From positions 136,159,741-136,223,740 of the forward strand of contig CM041465.1 of NCBI GenBank assembly GCA_023213395.1: a stretch of DNA of 64,000 nucleotides, given 5' to 3'. Under the pieces are notes generated by a model that saw nothing but the letters and a program-made list of their open reading frames with translations, did not search any database and had not been told where the DNA came from. Made by a program: the position numbers and the translations under genes. Source of the stretch: Cycas panzhihuaensis. Lineage: Eukaryota; Plantae; Cycadophyta. Each line of letters opens with the position of its first letter. Position 1 is the stretch's first letter. This document shows, piece by piece, positions 41,731-54,779 of the stretch.

Positions 41731-43012
41731 CTAGGCCTGGTTTTCATTGGCTTCACCCAAAGTATCTTCGTCCTCTAAGTTTAGTCCCTCTTGTTCTTCC
41801 ATATTTTCTTCCCTTTCTTTTTCTTCAATTTTCAAGGGGACCTTCTCAGACCCAGGTCCCTCTCCTAGTTCTTTCGGTTCTCTTAGGCAATATTGAGGCA
41901 AATGACATGTTCTTTTGCACTTTGTACATTTAAAATTTTTTGTTTCATATATTAAAATTTGATCCTTATTCCAATCTTCCATCTCAATCCTAACTTGATC
42001 AGGAAGAGGTTTATCTATTCTTATCAAAACATGGAACCTAGCATTTATCAGTCTGTTACGGTTCTTTGTGGCTGAATCTATGGTCAACAAAGGGCTAATG
42101 GCTTTTGCCACACCCTTAATAACTTCCAAATCCCACACTTGGAGGGGAAGACCTAGTATCTGGACCCAAATTGGGATTTGTTTTAGGGTAGGTACTGTGG
42201 GGTCAAAATTTGGGTGCCATTTTTCTAGCAAGAAGGCCTTTCTCCCTAGCATCCATGGAGCCTTCAATAATATGCTAACCATATCCTCTTGGTTCACAAA
42301 TTTAAACAACACACAGCCTCGAGGTAAAGCCATGACCTCTACAAGGTTTCTTAATTTCCATCTGCTTGCCGCCCATTTTCTTATGACATCAAGGCCTAGT
42401 GTTGGGCTCGAAAACCTACCAACTAGACTACTTTCCCAATATTTCTCATTTCTCTCGGCCAGTTTCTTTGGTATTGGGATCTTGATCACATCGTCTTGAA
42501 ATACGAGGTTTATTTCCATAGGTTCCAAATCTTCTTTTTTTAAAGCTTCTAGGTATGATTTCTCCCTTGAGAGATTTTGAGACTGGTTTAATGGATTGTT
42601 ATCTCCCATTAATTTCATTATTTTACAAACTAAACACTTCTATGTGCAGGATTTATAATCTACTCTGTTATAAAGGAAATTTCAAGAAAAAGAAAATTGC
42701 AATAACAGTTGGGTTCCTCACCCAGGTACCTGATGGCAACTGGTCTCCCTCATAAGTCAGTTTGCTCCTTGCCCTATTGTCTCCTTTTTTTGCCTCTGAA
42801 ATTTGGTAGTATTTCACCATATACCAAGCAGAGACAACCCTCAAGCTGAGTATAATCCCTTCATATCGTCCCGAAAGGTGGGAGGCTACAAAAGATGCCC
42901 CCGCGTCCCCATTTTCCTTGATCTCCCTCCAACGCCTACACCTATGTATGGTCGCTCCTCCCACCACGAAGTCCCCTTGTCTGGACTTTAAACTGGGTTG
43001 ACCAACACCCAT
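41731..43012 (-). pseudogene. L1 ORF1 (DUF4283 plus CX2CX4HX4C zinc knuckle)
   Basis: SLVGRF..FKF..ED..KAPWMLG..LEKWHPNF..PIWVQILGLPL..CTKCKRTCHLPQYC (main ORF 41731-42618). Confidence 0.9.
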
Positions 43013-43394
43013 ATCCCTGCTATGACTGCAAATGGAGAGTCATGGTTTCCTCCATGCTCTCACCCATCGGGCCAGCTTCTAAAAAGTTGCCCTAGCTAAC
43101 TGCAAAATCCCGTTGCAAACCCTAAATCTTCTGTCACTTCAGAGATGCGAAGGCTAATACCAGAGCAATTGAATCAACGAATTAAACCTTGTAAGAAATC
43201 ACAAATGAAGATGTTTCGATCTTCGAGGGTGATAAGCATGATGTGCCCTATAGAGGAAGTGTCAATTGGTGACCCATTGCTGGAGGAATCAAATGAACGA
43301 AACACGAAGAAACTTCCATAAAATATAATATCATGTCTTATATATTATATTAAATATAAATTATTATATATTATAATATATATTTTAAATTTTA

Positions 43395-43395
43395 T

Positions 43396-43454
<59 letters not shown>

Positions 43455-43475
43455 CTGTATGTATGTATATATTTC

Positions 43476-43516
<41 letters not shown>

Positions 43517-43650
43517 GTATATATATATATATATATGTATGTACACATGTATGTATGTATGTATGTATATATATATATATGCATATGTATGTATGTATGT
43601 ATATATATATACACACACACATTTATATATTTTTGTATATATGTATGCAT
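43395..43650. repeat. (TA)/(TG)/(TATG) microsatellite
   Basis: Directly visible. Confidence 0.95.
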
Positions 43651-43744
43651 TTATGTGCATGCATGTTTTCATGTTTTTGGGGATTTTGGAGTTGGCGTTT
43701 TTTATGTTTACTCTTTTTTGCTTCTACGCTTTAGTCTACTTAGC

Positions 43745-46700
43745 TTAATGACCATAGTTAACATCTCTTCATATTAGCACCTATGGGCCTATGGGCAACC
43801 TTTTCAAATGAGTGTCACGCATTATAGCTTAGGTTGTTTATCGAATTTCTATCGTAAGTTGCCAACATTCCAGTCATCGAGTGCTTCCTTTGTTGCTAGT
43901 CATTAGTTGCTCATAGGCACTTTGTCCCATGTTTAGTCACCGCTGGCAATTGCAAGCTCACCTTTTGTCATTGGCTCTAGCATATAGTTTTTTCCTTGCT
44001 TAACCCTTACAGTCTTTGAACCTTTCGATTCATGTTGCAAGCCTTCTCCTCATTCTCAAATTTTCTAATAGTTGTCTATTTCAACTCTATATTAAGCCTC
44101 CTTATTCACCAGAATGATGATCCCCATCATTTTTCAATCGCCTATAAGGAGAAACAAATATTTCCTTTGCTTCATTTACACATGAAGAAATACAAACAAT
44201 TTCCAAGAAATACATTTTTTTAGGTGCTTTCATCACAACGGGCTATGTTTTCTTGGTTTACATCTTTACTTGCTAGGATGAAGTGTATATGAAGGTGTGC
44301 CCATCATTGGTAGATATGGGTAACCAGCTACTATGTTAACTATTTATTTGGTATGTCCCTTAGATACATGGTATACTGTTTAGAATGTTTCAATGGAGGG
44401 CTTTTCTAAGGGCTAACTCGTAACCTTGAAGGTTTATGGATGGCCTACAACCAAATTCAAGTCCCTTCTATGGTGGCTTGGAAGGTTCTGGTTAATCCAC
44501 AATTGATGGTTTTTCCCTTACCCACAATTAATGGTTTGAGTTTACTAGCATTTGAAATTTTTTAGCTTCCTTAAACTGAAGGTTTGTAGGTTACCTACAA
44601 ATCCATGAAGGTTCATGGTTCACCGTCAACCTTAAATGCATTCTTTTATTGGCAAATGTACATAATATATCAAATTATAACAATTCACATGAGAGTATGA
44701 AATTTAGAGAATTTTATACAAATATATTTAATCAAATAATTCAACTTGGAACTATTTTCACGTGCGTTACTATTTTGCCATCTCAAGTCTCTTCCATTTA
44801 TGCTTCCTGCTTTTCTTAAATGGATTTGATGATGTTTTTATAAAGGAATGACAACCTATTGGGATACATGAGTAATCGATTGTTGCACTTGTTGGCTAGC
44901 TAGGAAGTCCTTTATATGCATAGTTCATCAGCAACTGTTAAATCTTCACTTGGGGCTATTTGTCAACAACCCTTCCAACCATGTGCATGTTGCACTAACA
45001 CTAAATTTATGCTTCCTTATGGATAATTAACTGACCAATTGCATTCCCCATAATAAATTGTTGCCAAGCTTGAGCAAACTTTCTTTCTAAGGAATTATAA
45101 AGTTGCTTTGCCACGATCTGAGCGAAATTGCCCATGTCCCTTTAATTGGTGCCTTTCTCAAACACTCCTGATCTTCCTCTTGATCATAATGAAGTTTCCT
45201 CCTTATGCTATCAACAATGCGTCAAGCTACCTTTCAAAGGAGCTTTAGTTATGTGAAGAATCCTACCTTGTGCAACATTTCGTGGGTCTCACATACATCA
45301 ATGCCTTAACAAGTCTTACGTGCATTTGCAACACTAAGTCTATCTTCCTTTCTCTTGCCTATTTGTAATGAGGGAATGCAATTAATAGCTACCAACTAGT
45401 TTTCCCCATCCCTTTAGTTGATTGGTCACTTATTTTCCTCCAAAGATGGTACTCGTTTTCCTCCAAAGCTGGTACTCGTTGTGTTCCTTCACTTGCGGCC
45501 CTTTGGAATCACTACTGCTACAAAGGTGGCTCCAATTAGTAGGAGCTCTTCAATGTCCCTTGTTGGGGGTCTAGACGGATCTTATATATTGCACATAAGC
45601 CTTCTTTCCAGGTTTGGGCTTGTTGGAATACCAAAAATACTATACAAGACTGAATGGGCCTTTCGATAGCTAGATCATAGAATTGGCTTGGATACCGTAA
45701 TTATATAAATTTCTTGAACCTCTCATGTGGCAGATGTTGGCCTTGCCATTAAATGACCAACTTGTCTCTTAGTTGTTACTCCAACATCTGATTAGAGCTA
45801 ACAAGGGTATCGATGGGAGTTGTTGGTTCAATAAATAGAGGTTGGCTCGTTGGCAAAATTATGTGTCTGAGGAGTATGTTGAGGCTCATATCATGCATTG
45901 CTAATACTAGGCAAATGCGTAGGACTGCAAACTCACATAACATAGATGAATTTCTTGAGAGGATAGATTAGATCAATTGACATGGAGAGAAGGATTGTTA
46001 AACATGTATATTTTCTTAATATAAAGGGGACCTCCTCTAAGTATACTCTTGAAGGAGTCCTTGCAGAGGAGCTATTCATTACAAGCTATCAAGATACCTT
46101 GTACAAGATCATTGCCCCTTTTTGAATCTTCTTTCAATTTTATAAACTTCATAGGGGAAGAGCTTGTCGCTGTTTGATGTGGTTGTAACTACTTGCTACA
46201 ACTTTTGTTAATAATTGGCATGCGAATCCACATTAATTCTTTGTAACTAATTCTTATTATCTTAATTGCCACAATTAGCATCTTTCCATGTCAGCATTCA
46301 TGAGTAACCTCTACAGTTGCATGCCACACATTACAACTAGGGTTGCTTATCCAACTCTAATTGCTAACTGCCAACTCTTTAATCGTTGGTCATTTTTTCT
46401 TTTGTTTCCAGTCATTGGTTGCAAAGATGCAAGTCATAGGAACTTTGTTGCATGTGTAGTCATTGTTGTTAGTTGCAAGCTCATCTTTTGTTGTTGGTTC
46501 AAGTCTATTTGATTTTTTTTGTCGCAGACCTTACAGTTGCTAAACCTTTTGACTAATGTTGCAAGCCTTCTTATCTTTTCCTTAAATCTTCTGATGTTTG
46601 CCTATCTTAGTCCCAGATCAAGTATTACCATCCACTAGAATGATGGTTCCTATGATTCTTCAACCATTTGTTGGGAAAAATAAAATCTTCCTCTACCTTT

Positions 46701-47808
46701 TTGACACATAGCGAAGTCTAAGGTATTTTCATTATAAAGGGTTGTACCCTCCAACCTACATCCTTACTTGCTAGGATTAAGTCTATATGAGGGTGCACCC
46801 ACCACTTGTATTTATGGGTAATTGGTTGTTGTTTTGTCGTCTACTAGATACGCCCCTTAGATACATACTACATTTATTAGAACGTTTCAACCAAATATTT
46901 TTTTGAACATTGGTTTATAACCCTGAAGATTTATCATTGACCTACAATAATGTTTGAGTGCCTTCTATGGGGATTTCAAAGGCTTTTGGCTAACCCACAA
47001 CTCATTGATTTTAGCTTATCTATAACTTATGGTTTTAACTTACCAACAATTGAAGGTTTTTGGCTTTGCCCACAACAAAAGTTTTCTAGGCTACGTACAA
47101 CTTCGTGAGGATTTACTATTCACCTTCAACCTTACATCCATTCCTTTTTTGGCGAGTATACAAAATATAACAAATTACATGAGAGTACGGAATTCAAAAA
47201 ATTTTACACAAACTTGGAACTATTTGCATAGGCTTTGCCACCATGTTGACATTGATCTTCTTCCATTCGTGCTTCCCTCTTTTCTTAAATAGATTTGATG
47301 ATGTCTTTATAAAGGAACGACCGTCTGTTAGGATACATGGGTAACCAATTGCTACACTTGTCAATTTGTTAGGAAGTCCTTTGTATACATAGTTCATTAC
47401 AAATGGTCAAATATTCATAGTTCATCACAAATGTTTAGTTCTTCATTTGGGCCTATCTATCAACAACCCCTCTATTCAAGTTAGTGCTACCTTGAGAATG
47501 AATTTATGTTTCCTCTATGGACGGTTCATCAACCCTAGTGCATTCATTGCAACAAATTGTTGCTAAATTTGGGCAGGCTTTTATTATGAGGAACTATACA
47601 ACTACTTTGCTATCATTTGAGGGGAACTACCCATGTTTCTTTAATCGATGTGTTTCTTAGAAACTCTTGATCTTCTTCTCAATGACAGTAAAGTTTCCTC
47701 CTCACACTGTTGACAATGTATTAGTGAAGGGTTTACATATCAAGGGAGCTCTAGTCAGGTGAAGAATACCACCTTGTGCAATGCCTCATGGGTCTTACAT
47801 GTGCCGAT
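43745..47808. repeat. Ancient tandem duplication, ~2.5-kb period (43745-45300 vs 46262-47808), unidentified TE relic
   Basis: Collinear anchors: GTTGCAAGCCTTCT (~44034/~46558), ATGAGAGTA (~44690/~47179), GGGTCT.ACAT (~45284/~47790). Confidence 0.8.
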
Positions 47809-48194
47809 TGTTAGGGTCAAAATCGACACTTGTGCGCCCAAAGGTAGGAACACATTGCCAATTATGGTTTAATATGACTAATAAATGCAGGAGAACTATT
47901 CAACAAGCATTCATAATGAAGAATGGATGAGAAAACAATGAACAAAGTAGGCAGAACATTGTGCGTTCTATCGCAAGAACGCACTATAGGCACATAACAC
48001 ATACATCATAGTCAAGGAACACACAAGGAATAGACGAATAACACTCAAGGTAGAAAAAAGCCATGTGGACACAATCGTACAGACACGTGTGGAATGACTA
48101 AGCAACGTAATGGTTAACTTAGGTTTAGTTATGAAGAGGCATGCATTATGGACAAGGGACATTTGTGAATCTTGGTCACAACTGTTCCTCAACA
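47809..48194. repeat. Possible solo LTR or 5' LTR remnant
   Basis: Abrupt end of the tandem homology; TGTTAGGG..CCTCAACA termini; flanks CCGAT/GGGAT match only 3/5. Confidence 0.35.
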
Positions 48195-48582
48195 GGGATG
48201 CATGACCTATTTAAACCTGTTCAATTGACCAGTTTGGTGTGAGAGTCAAGTACAGTGATTTATTGGGCTGGGTCTGATACGAATAACTAGCCAAGTAGAT
48301 GTACGAATGATATCGTATGACAGAAAAATATGTACATATTGATTATTACTTAATAAAATAACAGAGTTACGAGGAACTTATGTGTGTATCAATGTGGTGG
48401 TGAATGCATGATAATATATTGTGTTGTGATTGTATTGTGGACTTATGAGGCATAATATAATATATCAACCTGCATGTTGACTGTGAGCACACCCTAGACT
48501 ACAATGCAACCTTGACAAAATGAATATCTTAGTAGGATAGATATTGAGTCAACATTAGTTCCATAAGGAGAGCAAGGAGATT

Positions 48583-48937
48583 TGTTAGTGTGGCAGTTAA
48601 TTATTAAGCCACTTAATTAATGTTAATGTGGTTTAATTATGTGAAACGGTGTGAGTGAAAAGGTGCGACTTATTCAGAGGGTCACAACCCTAATCGGGTG
48701 GCACCTCTTGGAGAGTATAAAAGCCTTGAGGCCTTGTATATTCATCATCCAAGTTCATTGTGTAATAATCAATGATCCCTTGAGGATCCTTTTGTGGTGG
48801 GTTTTTTCCCGAAAGGGTTTCCCATGTATATCCTGTGTTCTGTGCCTATCTTCTGTGTATATTTTATATTGTGCTTGCTGTGTATGGTAAAAGATCCTGC
48901 GTATGAGAACACATGTATGTCTTTATGTTCTCGAACA
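48583..48937 (+). repeat. Copia-2 5' LTR
   Basis: TG..CA, followed by PBS-Met. Confidence 0.95.
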
Positions 48938-49481
48938 TGGTATCAGAGTGGTAGGGTCCTGCACAGCTAAAGCTTGACAATGAGCGGGGAGATTGGATCG
49001 TTGGTTGCCGGGTGATGCAGTTTGACCCAAGACGAATCTTGAGGGTCCATCAACTCCAAAGATCGTGCGTAAGGTGCATAGAAAATCAGTAGTTATTGGA
49101 GAAGTGGAGATCACTATTCAACAAAGTGTAAGGGTTATCGGAGTCAATATTCAGGGGTGCAGAACGTGGTCTGTTGGTGACTTGGCGACTTTGAGGACAT
49201 CCTTCTTTGTATACAAGTAAGTTGATCAAAACACAATAAAACTCATTAGGAAAGAGCACTTTCTGGAGTCATCTACCTACAAGTCTGTATAAGGGAGAGA
49301 TTGGAGCCTTTTTTGGATCGTTTTCAGCCTGCTACACTTGGTTTAGGTGTTGTATCTAGCAGATCTTCATATTTTTTGAGTTGTTGTGCTTTTGTGACCC
49401 CTCTTGGAGACTTGTATACATAAAATAAGCACTGTACAGCACTAAAAATAGCAGAGATATACAAAGCCAAAGTACGGATTG

Positions 49482-49678
49482 TTGGCTGGGCGCTTAATAC
49501 TCACAGCTGGGCCGTTTTTGGCGTGTTTCTCCCTGACTGGGCGCCTTTCTAGAGTGACTGGGTGTGTTTCTCTTTGGCTGGGCGCTTAATACTCACAGCT
49601 GGGCCGTTTTTGGGCGTGTTTCTCCCTGACTGGGCGCCTTTCTAGAGTGGCTGGGCGTGTTTCTCTCTGGCTGGGCTC
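49482..49678 (+). repeat. GC-rich ~92-bp tandem repeat (CTGGGCG subunits) in the Copia-2 leader
   Basis: TTGGCTGGGCGCTTAATACTCACAG at 49482 and 49574. Confidence 0.88.
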
Positions 49679-50378
49679 ATTCTGAGAGTGGCGGGGCTGC
49701 ATTCAGGGCGTGATTCAGCCGTACAAACAGCCTGCTTGGCGTGATAACCAGCGGCTTTTCCTTAACAGCTGCGTCCTCTCTCTCTATCCCGTGCGACTTC
49801 CTAACATGTTTTTTGATTGATTTAGTGCTAAGTTTAGACCTTAGCATAATTTAAATCTATTTGGTTGTTGATTTAAGGCACGTGGAGTAAGTAATAAGAG
49901 GCGGCTGTTCACAAAAGTCGCACTTTTTGGGAATATGCCTTTTTGGCATATTCCCCTCAAAGTGAAAATATAAAAAGTGACCCTTTACACTATTGAAATA
50001 TGAACTTTAGTTGATATTTGAAGATAATACTTGGAGTATTGAAGCGTTGTTGACCCATTTCAAGCGTGGATCGAGGCGTTGTGTGTGTATTTGAGACTTG
50101 TGACCGTGCACCGTCATTTTGTGGTACCTTCTTTGTACTAAAACGAGCATTTTTTGGTCATTTAGAGTGTCAGGTGTGACGTTTAATGACCATCTAAGGA
50201 CGTTTGTTGACGGAAAAGGGAAGAATTACAGTCAGTGGCTCAAGTGATGTGAGCATAATCTGTGTTAGGGTCCCTTGGAAGTGTGCTCGTGACGCAAAGG
50301 AAGGTCACACGGGTGCATTTTCGTCCTTAATACGTCCGTTTGGTGTTGTGTACTTCATTTTGTAGCCAGATATTCGAG

Positions 50379-53300
50379 ATGGAGAAGCTTATGCCGAAGG
50401 TTATCTTTAATGGTAACAACTTCAGCGAATGGAAGGCTAACATGGAGCTAATTCTAATGGTGAACCAACTCTGGGGAATCACCAAGGCGAAACTTGAGTC
50501 AATCCCACTTGACTATAAGGAGTGGATCAGATTTGAAGAGAAGCAATTTATGGCCGTTGGGCTACTGAAACTTTCACTAGCGCCGGACCAGAGAGCCCTT
50601 GTTCACAATCTAGACGACCCAGCTGAGATTTGGACGAAGTTGTGTGACACTTTTGAGAAGAAGAAGACGAATAGGCGTCTTGCTCTGATGTTGGAACTAC
50701 TCAATTCAAAAGTCGAAGATGAGAACAACATCGACTCCTACGAACAAGATAATCGACTTGAAGAACAAGTTAGAAGAGTTAAAGCGAATTTGATCGATGA
50801 TGCGCTCCCATTTGCGATAATCATGTCGGTGCCGGTGCATTCGCCACATTCCAGACCATATATGGCAGAGACGAAGTGATGGAGGCAGAAACTTTTGACG
50901 GGTTTAAAAACCTAATTCTAGCAGAGGATGCCAAGCTAAAACATCATGGTTTGCTTGGAGGATCCAATTCAAGTCAGGCCTTAGCCATGAAAACTCAGCA
51001 GATGGAGGCCCCGAAGGAGGAGAAGATCACACAACGGTTTGGAGAAAGCTCCCAAGACAAGAAGAAGTTTAATGGAAAGTGCAATTATTACAAAAAGGAT
51101 GGTCACCATGAGAAGAACTGTTGGTTCAAGTGTCGTGACAAACGCAAAGGCAACCAGGATGATAAAGGAAAGGGTGTTGCTGCCCATTGCGTCCGAGCAC
51201 AAACCTTGTCAGTCGAATCAAATCGGAGAGACTATTGGGTATTGGATTACGAGCGAAGCACATCTCTTACCAGAGGCGTAACTTTGATAAGTTGAACTCA
51301 AATCAGAGTGGAGCTGAGATTGTTCTTGGAGATGCTCGCGTATTGCCAGTGGATGGTATAGGTGATGTTTCCATTGCAGGAGGCAAGTTTTCCGGGGTAT
51401 ACTATGTACCCAAGATGTAGTTGGACCTTCTGTCTGCTAGGGAGAACTGCAAACAAGGTATGAAATTGGAGCTCTATGAAGATAAGTGTCTGATTAAGGA
51501 CCCAAAACAGAATTTTGCTGTCATAGCTACCGGAAAAGTCATGGACAACTTCTGGGTGTTTGAGAAGTTTCAATCTTCGAAGAAGTCCTATGCCTTTGTT
51601 GCCAGTGCGGATGACGTGAGTAAATTGTGGCACAATCGCCTTGGGCACCTTAATTACAGAAGTATTGCACTGCTGAAGAGGTTGAAGATGGTGGATGGAA
51701 CCGCCGGTTACACCTTTCCGGATGGTGTATGCGAAGGATGCATGTATGGCAAGCATCATCGCTATCCTTTTGCTCGGGATAACGCCTGGAGAGCCAAGGA
51801 GAAGTTGGAGCTTGTGCATTTAGACATTATAGGACCACTTCCTAATCCTTCGATATCAGGAGCTCGTTATACACTCGTGTTTGTGGATGATTACACCAGG
51901 AAAGCCTGGGTTTATTTTCTCAAAAACAAGTCAGATGTATTTGATCGCTTCTGTGATTAGAAAGCGATGGTTGAAAATGAAAGTGAAAAGAAAATAAAAA
52001 CTTTACGAAGTGATAATGGTAAGGAATACGACAATCATGCGTTTAATCGCTTACGCAACCATGGTATAAAGCGGGAGTTTACGGTCCGTATACCCCACAG
52101 TAATGGAGTTCTTTGAAAGAAAGAATCGTACCATGATGGAGATGGCGAGGTGTATGGTGCATGCTAAAACACGCCACCAAAGTTTTGGGCGTGCGGCATC
52201 ATTGCTTATATATTGAGCAGTGGTACCGACTCAGCAGCTCAAAGATGACCCCCGAAGAGAAATGGACCGGTCGGAAGCCTACCATTAGTCATTTGAGAAC
52301 GTTTGGGTGTATAGCATACGCCCACATCCTTGATGATACCTACAAGAAGCTGGATCGGAAGAGTCTGAAGTGCATATTCATGGGGTATTGCATGGAGAAC
52401 AAAGCTTACAGACTATGGAATCCACAAGGGGGAGAAGATTGTGGTTAGTTGGGATGTTAAATTTGATGAGTCATCGACGTATCATGCTGAAAGAGCATCA
52501 GAGGAAGCTTTTTACCCTCCCCTTCTCCCATTCCCAGATTCTTCAAGTGAAGAGGACGATGAGCCAGTCGCTGTAGCACCTGAGGAAGCAGGACCAAGTG
52601 GGATGTGTAATAGTGAGGGATCGCCACTAGTAGAAGTACCTCCAGCAACGGGTCCTTCTATATGAAGATTCCGGTGTGGCGATGCAAACTCTTACTGATG
52701 ATAGACGAACCAGAAGTCAGCATGCCAGTCGAACTCTGCTGGTCGACACCAATGACTCCAGTGATCCTGATTCATTTGCCGAAGCGAAAGGAGATCCATG
52801 ATGGAGAGTTGCAATGGAGGAAGAGTATGGTTCTCTATGAAGAACGATACGTGGGATTTGGTTCCACTACCTCCATCGAAGAATCTTGTTGGATGCAAGT
52901 GGGTCTATAAGACAAAGTTCCGCTCCGATGGAGAGGTGGACAAGTATAAGGCCAGACTTGTTGCGCAGGGATTCAAGCAGAAAGAAGGAATTGACTATGA
53001 GGAGACGTTTGCACCGCCTCTAATGACAACGGTCCGCTTACTCATTTCCTTAGCAGCTGCTTTAGATTGGGAGTTACACCATATGGACGTTAAGTCCGCA
53101 TTCCTTAATGGGGATCTAAAGGAGGAGATATACATGTCGCAGCCCCTGGGATTCATTAAGGATGGCCAAGAGCATCTTGTTTGCAGTTTGAAGAAATCAA
53201 TCTATGGCCTGAAACAAGCGCCCCGTGCTTGGTATGAGAAGATGGATGCCAAGTTGAAAGTCAAGGTTTTGAAATTTGAACTCACCCAAACCTGTATGTG

Positions 53301-54324
53301 AAAAGAAGAGGGACTTCCGTAGTTGCTTGCGTGGTGTATGTGGATGATCTAATCATCGGCAGTAATCGTAGCAAGGCTATAGCCGAAGTCAAGTCCAATT
53401 TGGGAGCTTCATTCGACATGACGGATCTTGGGAAACTTCACTATTTCTTGGGCATCCAGATCAGGCAGATGGAAGATAAGACCGTGTTGTTGCAATCTTA
53501 GTATGTGAAGAACTTATTGGAGAGATTTGGAATGCAAGATCGCAAACTGTTGCAACACCATGTGTCAAAGGCGCAAGATTGCAGAAGGATATGGCCAAAC
53601 CTTCTGTAGATGGTACAACGTATCGTCAGTTGGTAGGGAGTCTCATTTATTTGACTCATACCAGGCCAGATATCGCATACGCTGTTGGATTGGTTTCCCG
53701 CTACATGCAGAATCCACAGGAGCCTCATTTGGTGGCAGCAAAACGGATTTTGAAATATCTAAAGGGGACAATCAATTTTGGTCTTGAATACCGCAGAGGT
53801 GAGAAGATCAGGTTGCATGGCTACACGGATGCTGATTGGGGAGGAGATTCCGACGATCTAAGTCCACCTTTGGATACCGCTTAGTATTGGCAATGGATTT
53901 ATTTCGTGGCAGTCGAAGAAGCAGCAGACAGTGGTGCTAGCTTCTCGTAAGGTAATATCAAGGACTCGATCTTTGGTGCGAAAGAAGCAGTATGGTTGCA
54001 AGGTCTCTTGGGAATTTCTTGGCGTTTCCAATGGACATCCGATTCTCTTTGTTGATAATCGTAGTACCATTCATCCGTCGAAGAATCCGTAGTTTCATGC
54101 GCTGCATACAAAGCATATTGAGATTCAAAGACCATTACATTCGTGAGCTGATCGAGTCAGGGAAACTGCAGGTCGACTATTGTCCGAGTGAATTACAACT
54201 TGTGGACGTGTTTACCAAGCCTCTCACTGAAGACCATTTCACGAAGATGCGTACCAGATTAGGACTCACCGATGTTATCCTTGAGCGGGGATGTATCAAC
54301 AAGGATAAAGAAGCTGCAGGATAG
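50379..54324 (+). pseudogene. Copia-2 gag-pol (frameshifted in this sequence)
   Basis: Gag (FNGNNFSEWK), LWHNRLGH, LVHLDIIGP, FVDDYTRK, RT (KARLVAQG, HMDVKSAFLNG, YVDD), RH (YTDADWGG, DVFTKPL). Confidence 0.93.
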
Positions 54325-54385
54325 TCCCAGCCTTCGTGATAACTCAACCGAACGTTGCATTCCCCACATTCACATTAAGGGGGGA

Positions 54386-54740
54386 TGTTAGCGTGGCAGT
54401 TAATTATTAAGCCACTTAATTAATGTTAATGTGGTTTAATTATGTGAAACGGTGTGAGTGAAAAGGTGCGACTTATTCAGAGGGTCACAACCTTAATCGG
54501 GTGGCACCTCTTGGAGAGTATAAAAGCCTTGAGGCCTTGTATATTCATCATCCAAGTTCATTGTGTAATAATCAATGATCCCTTGAGGGTCCTTTTGTGG
54601 TGGGTTTTTTCTCGAAAGGGTTTCCCACGTATATCTTGTGTTCTGTGCCTATCTTCTGTGTATATTTTATATTGTGCTTGCTGTGTATGGTAAAAGATCC
54701 TGCGTATGAGAACACATGTATGTCTTTATGTTCTCGAACA
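54386..54740 (+). repeat. Copia-2 3' LTR
   Basis: Follows the PPT, TG..CA, then TSD AGATT. Confidence 0.95.
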
Positions 54741-54779
54741 AGATTGAGTATAGGAAAAAGGGAAGACCAAATAGAATCA

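Larger units (their letters stand above)
22802..43316 (-). mobile_element. L1-clade LINE (RNase H-bearing), internally deleted and interrupted by nested LTR elements
   Basis: 16-bp TSD CATAAAATATAATATC at 22786-22801 and 43317-43332. Poly(T) at 22802-22815 is the polyA tail. ORF1 has DUF4283 and a zinc knuckle. ORF2 starts MTIISWNVRG at 41392. RNase H at the 3' end. Confidence 0.92.
22548..43744. mobile_element. Short (~0.7 kb own sequence) solo-LTR-like or MITE-like element split by the L1 insertion
   Basis: Starts TGTTAAGTAG and ends CTACTTAGC (imperfect inverted termini). TTAAT on both flanks. Removing it rejoins the ancient repeat as seen intact at ~46260. Confidence 0.5.
48583..54740 (+). 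mobile_element. Young Ty1/Copia LTR retrotransposon (Copia-2)
   Basis: 355-bp LTRs 48583-48937 and 54386-54740 (6 differences seen, all transitions). TSD AGATT. PBS TGGTATCAGAG at 48938. PPT AAGGGGGGA at 54377-54385. Confidence 0.96.

Noticed and set aside
43345-43777. Overlapping YI/CV ORFs
   Set aside because: Microsatellite artefacts.
44950-45220. DUF4283-like motif in the ancient tandem unit
   Set aside because: Only a loose W..LR.W..NF resemblance that is not well preserved in the second copy.
48651-48890. Duplicated 79-aa ORF (also 54454-54693)
   Set aside because: Lies in the two Copia-2 LTRs; non-ATG start and no coding signature.
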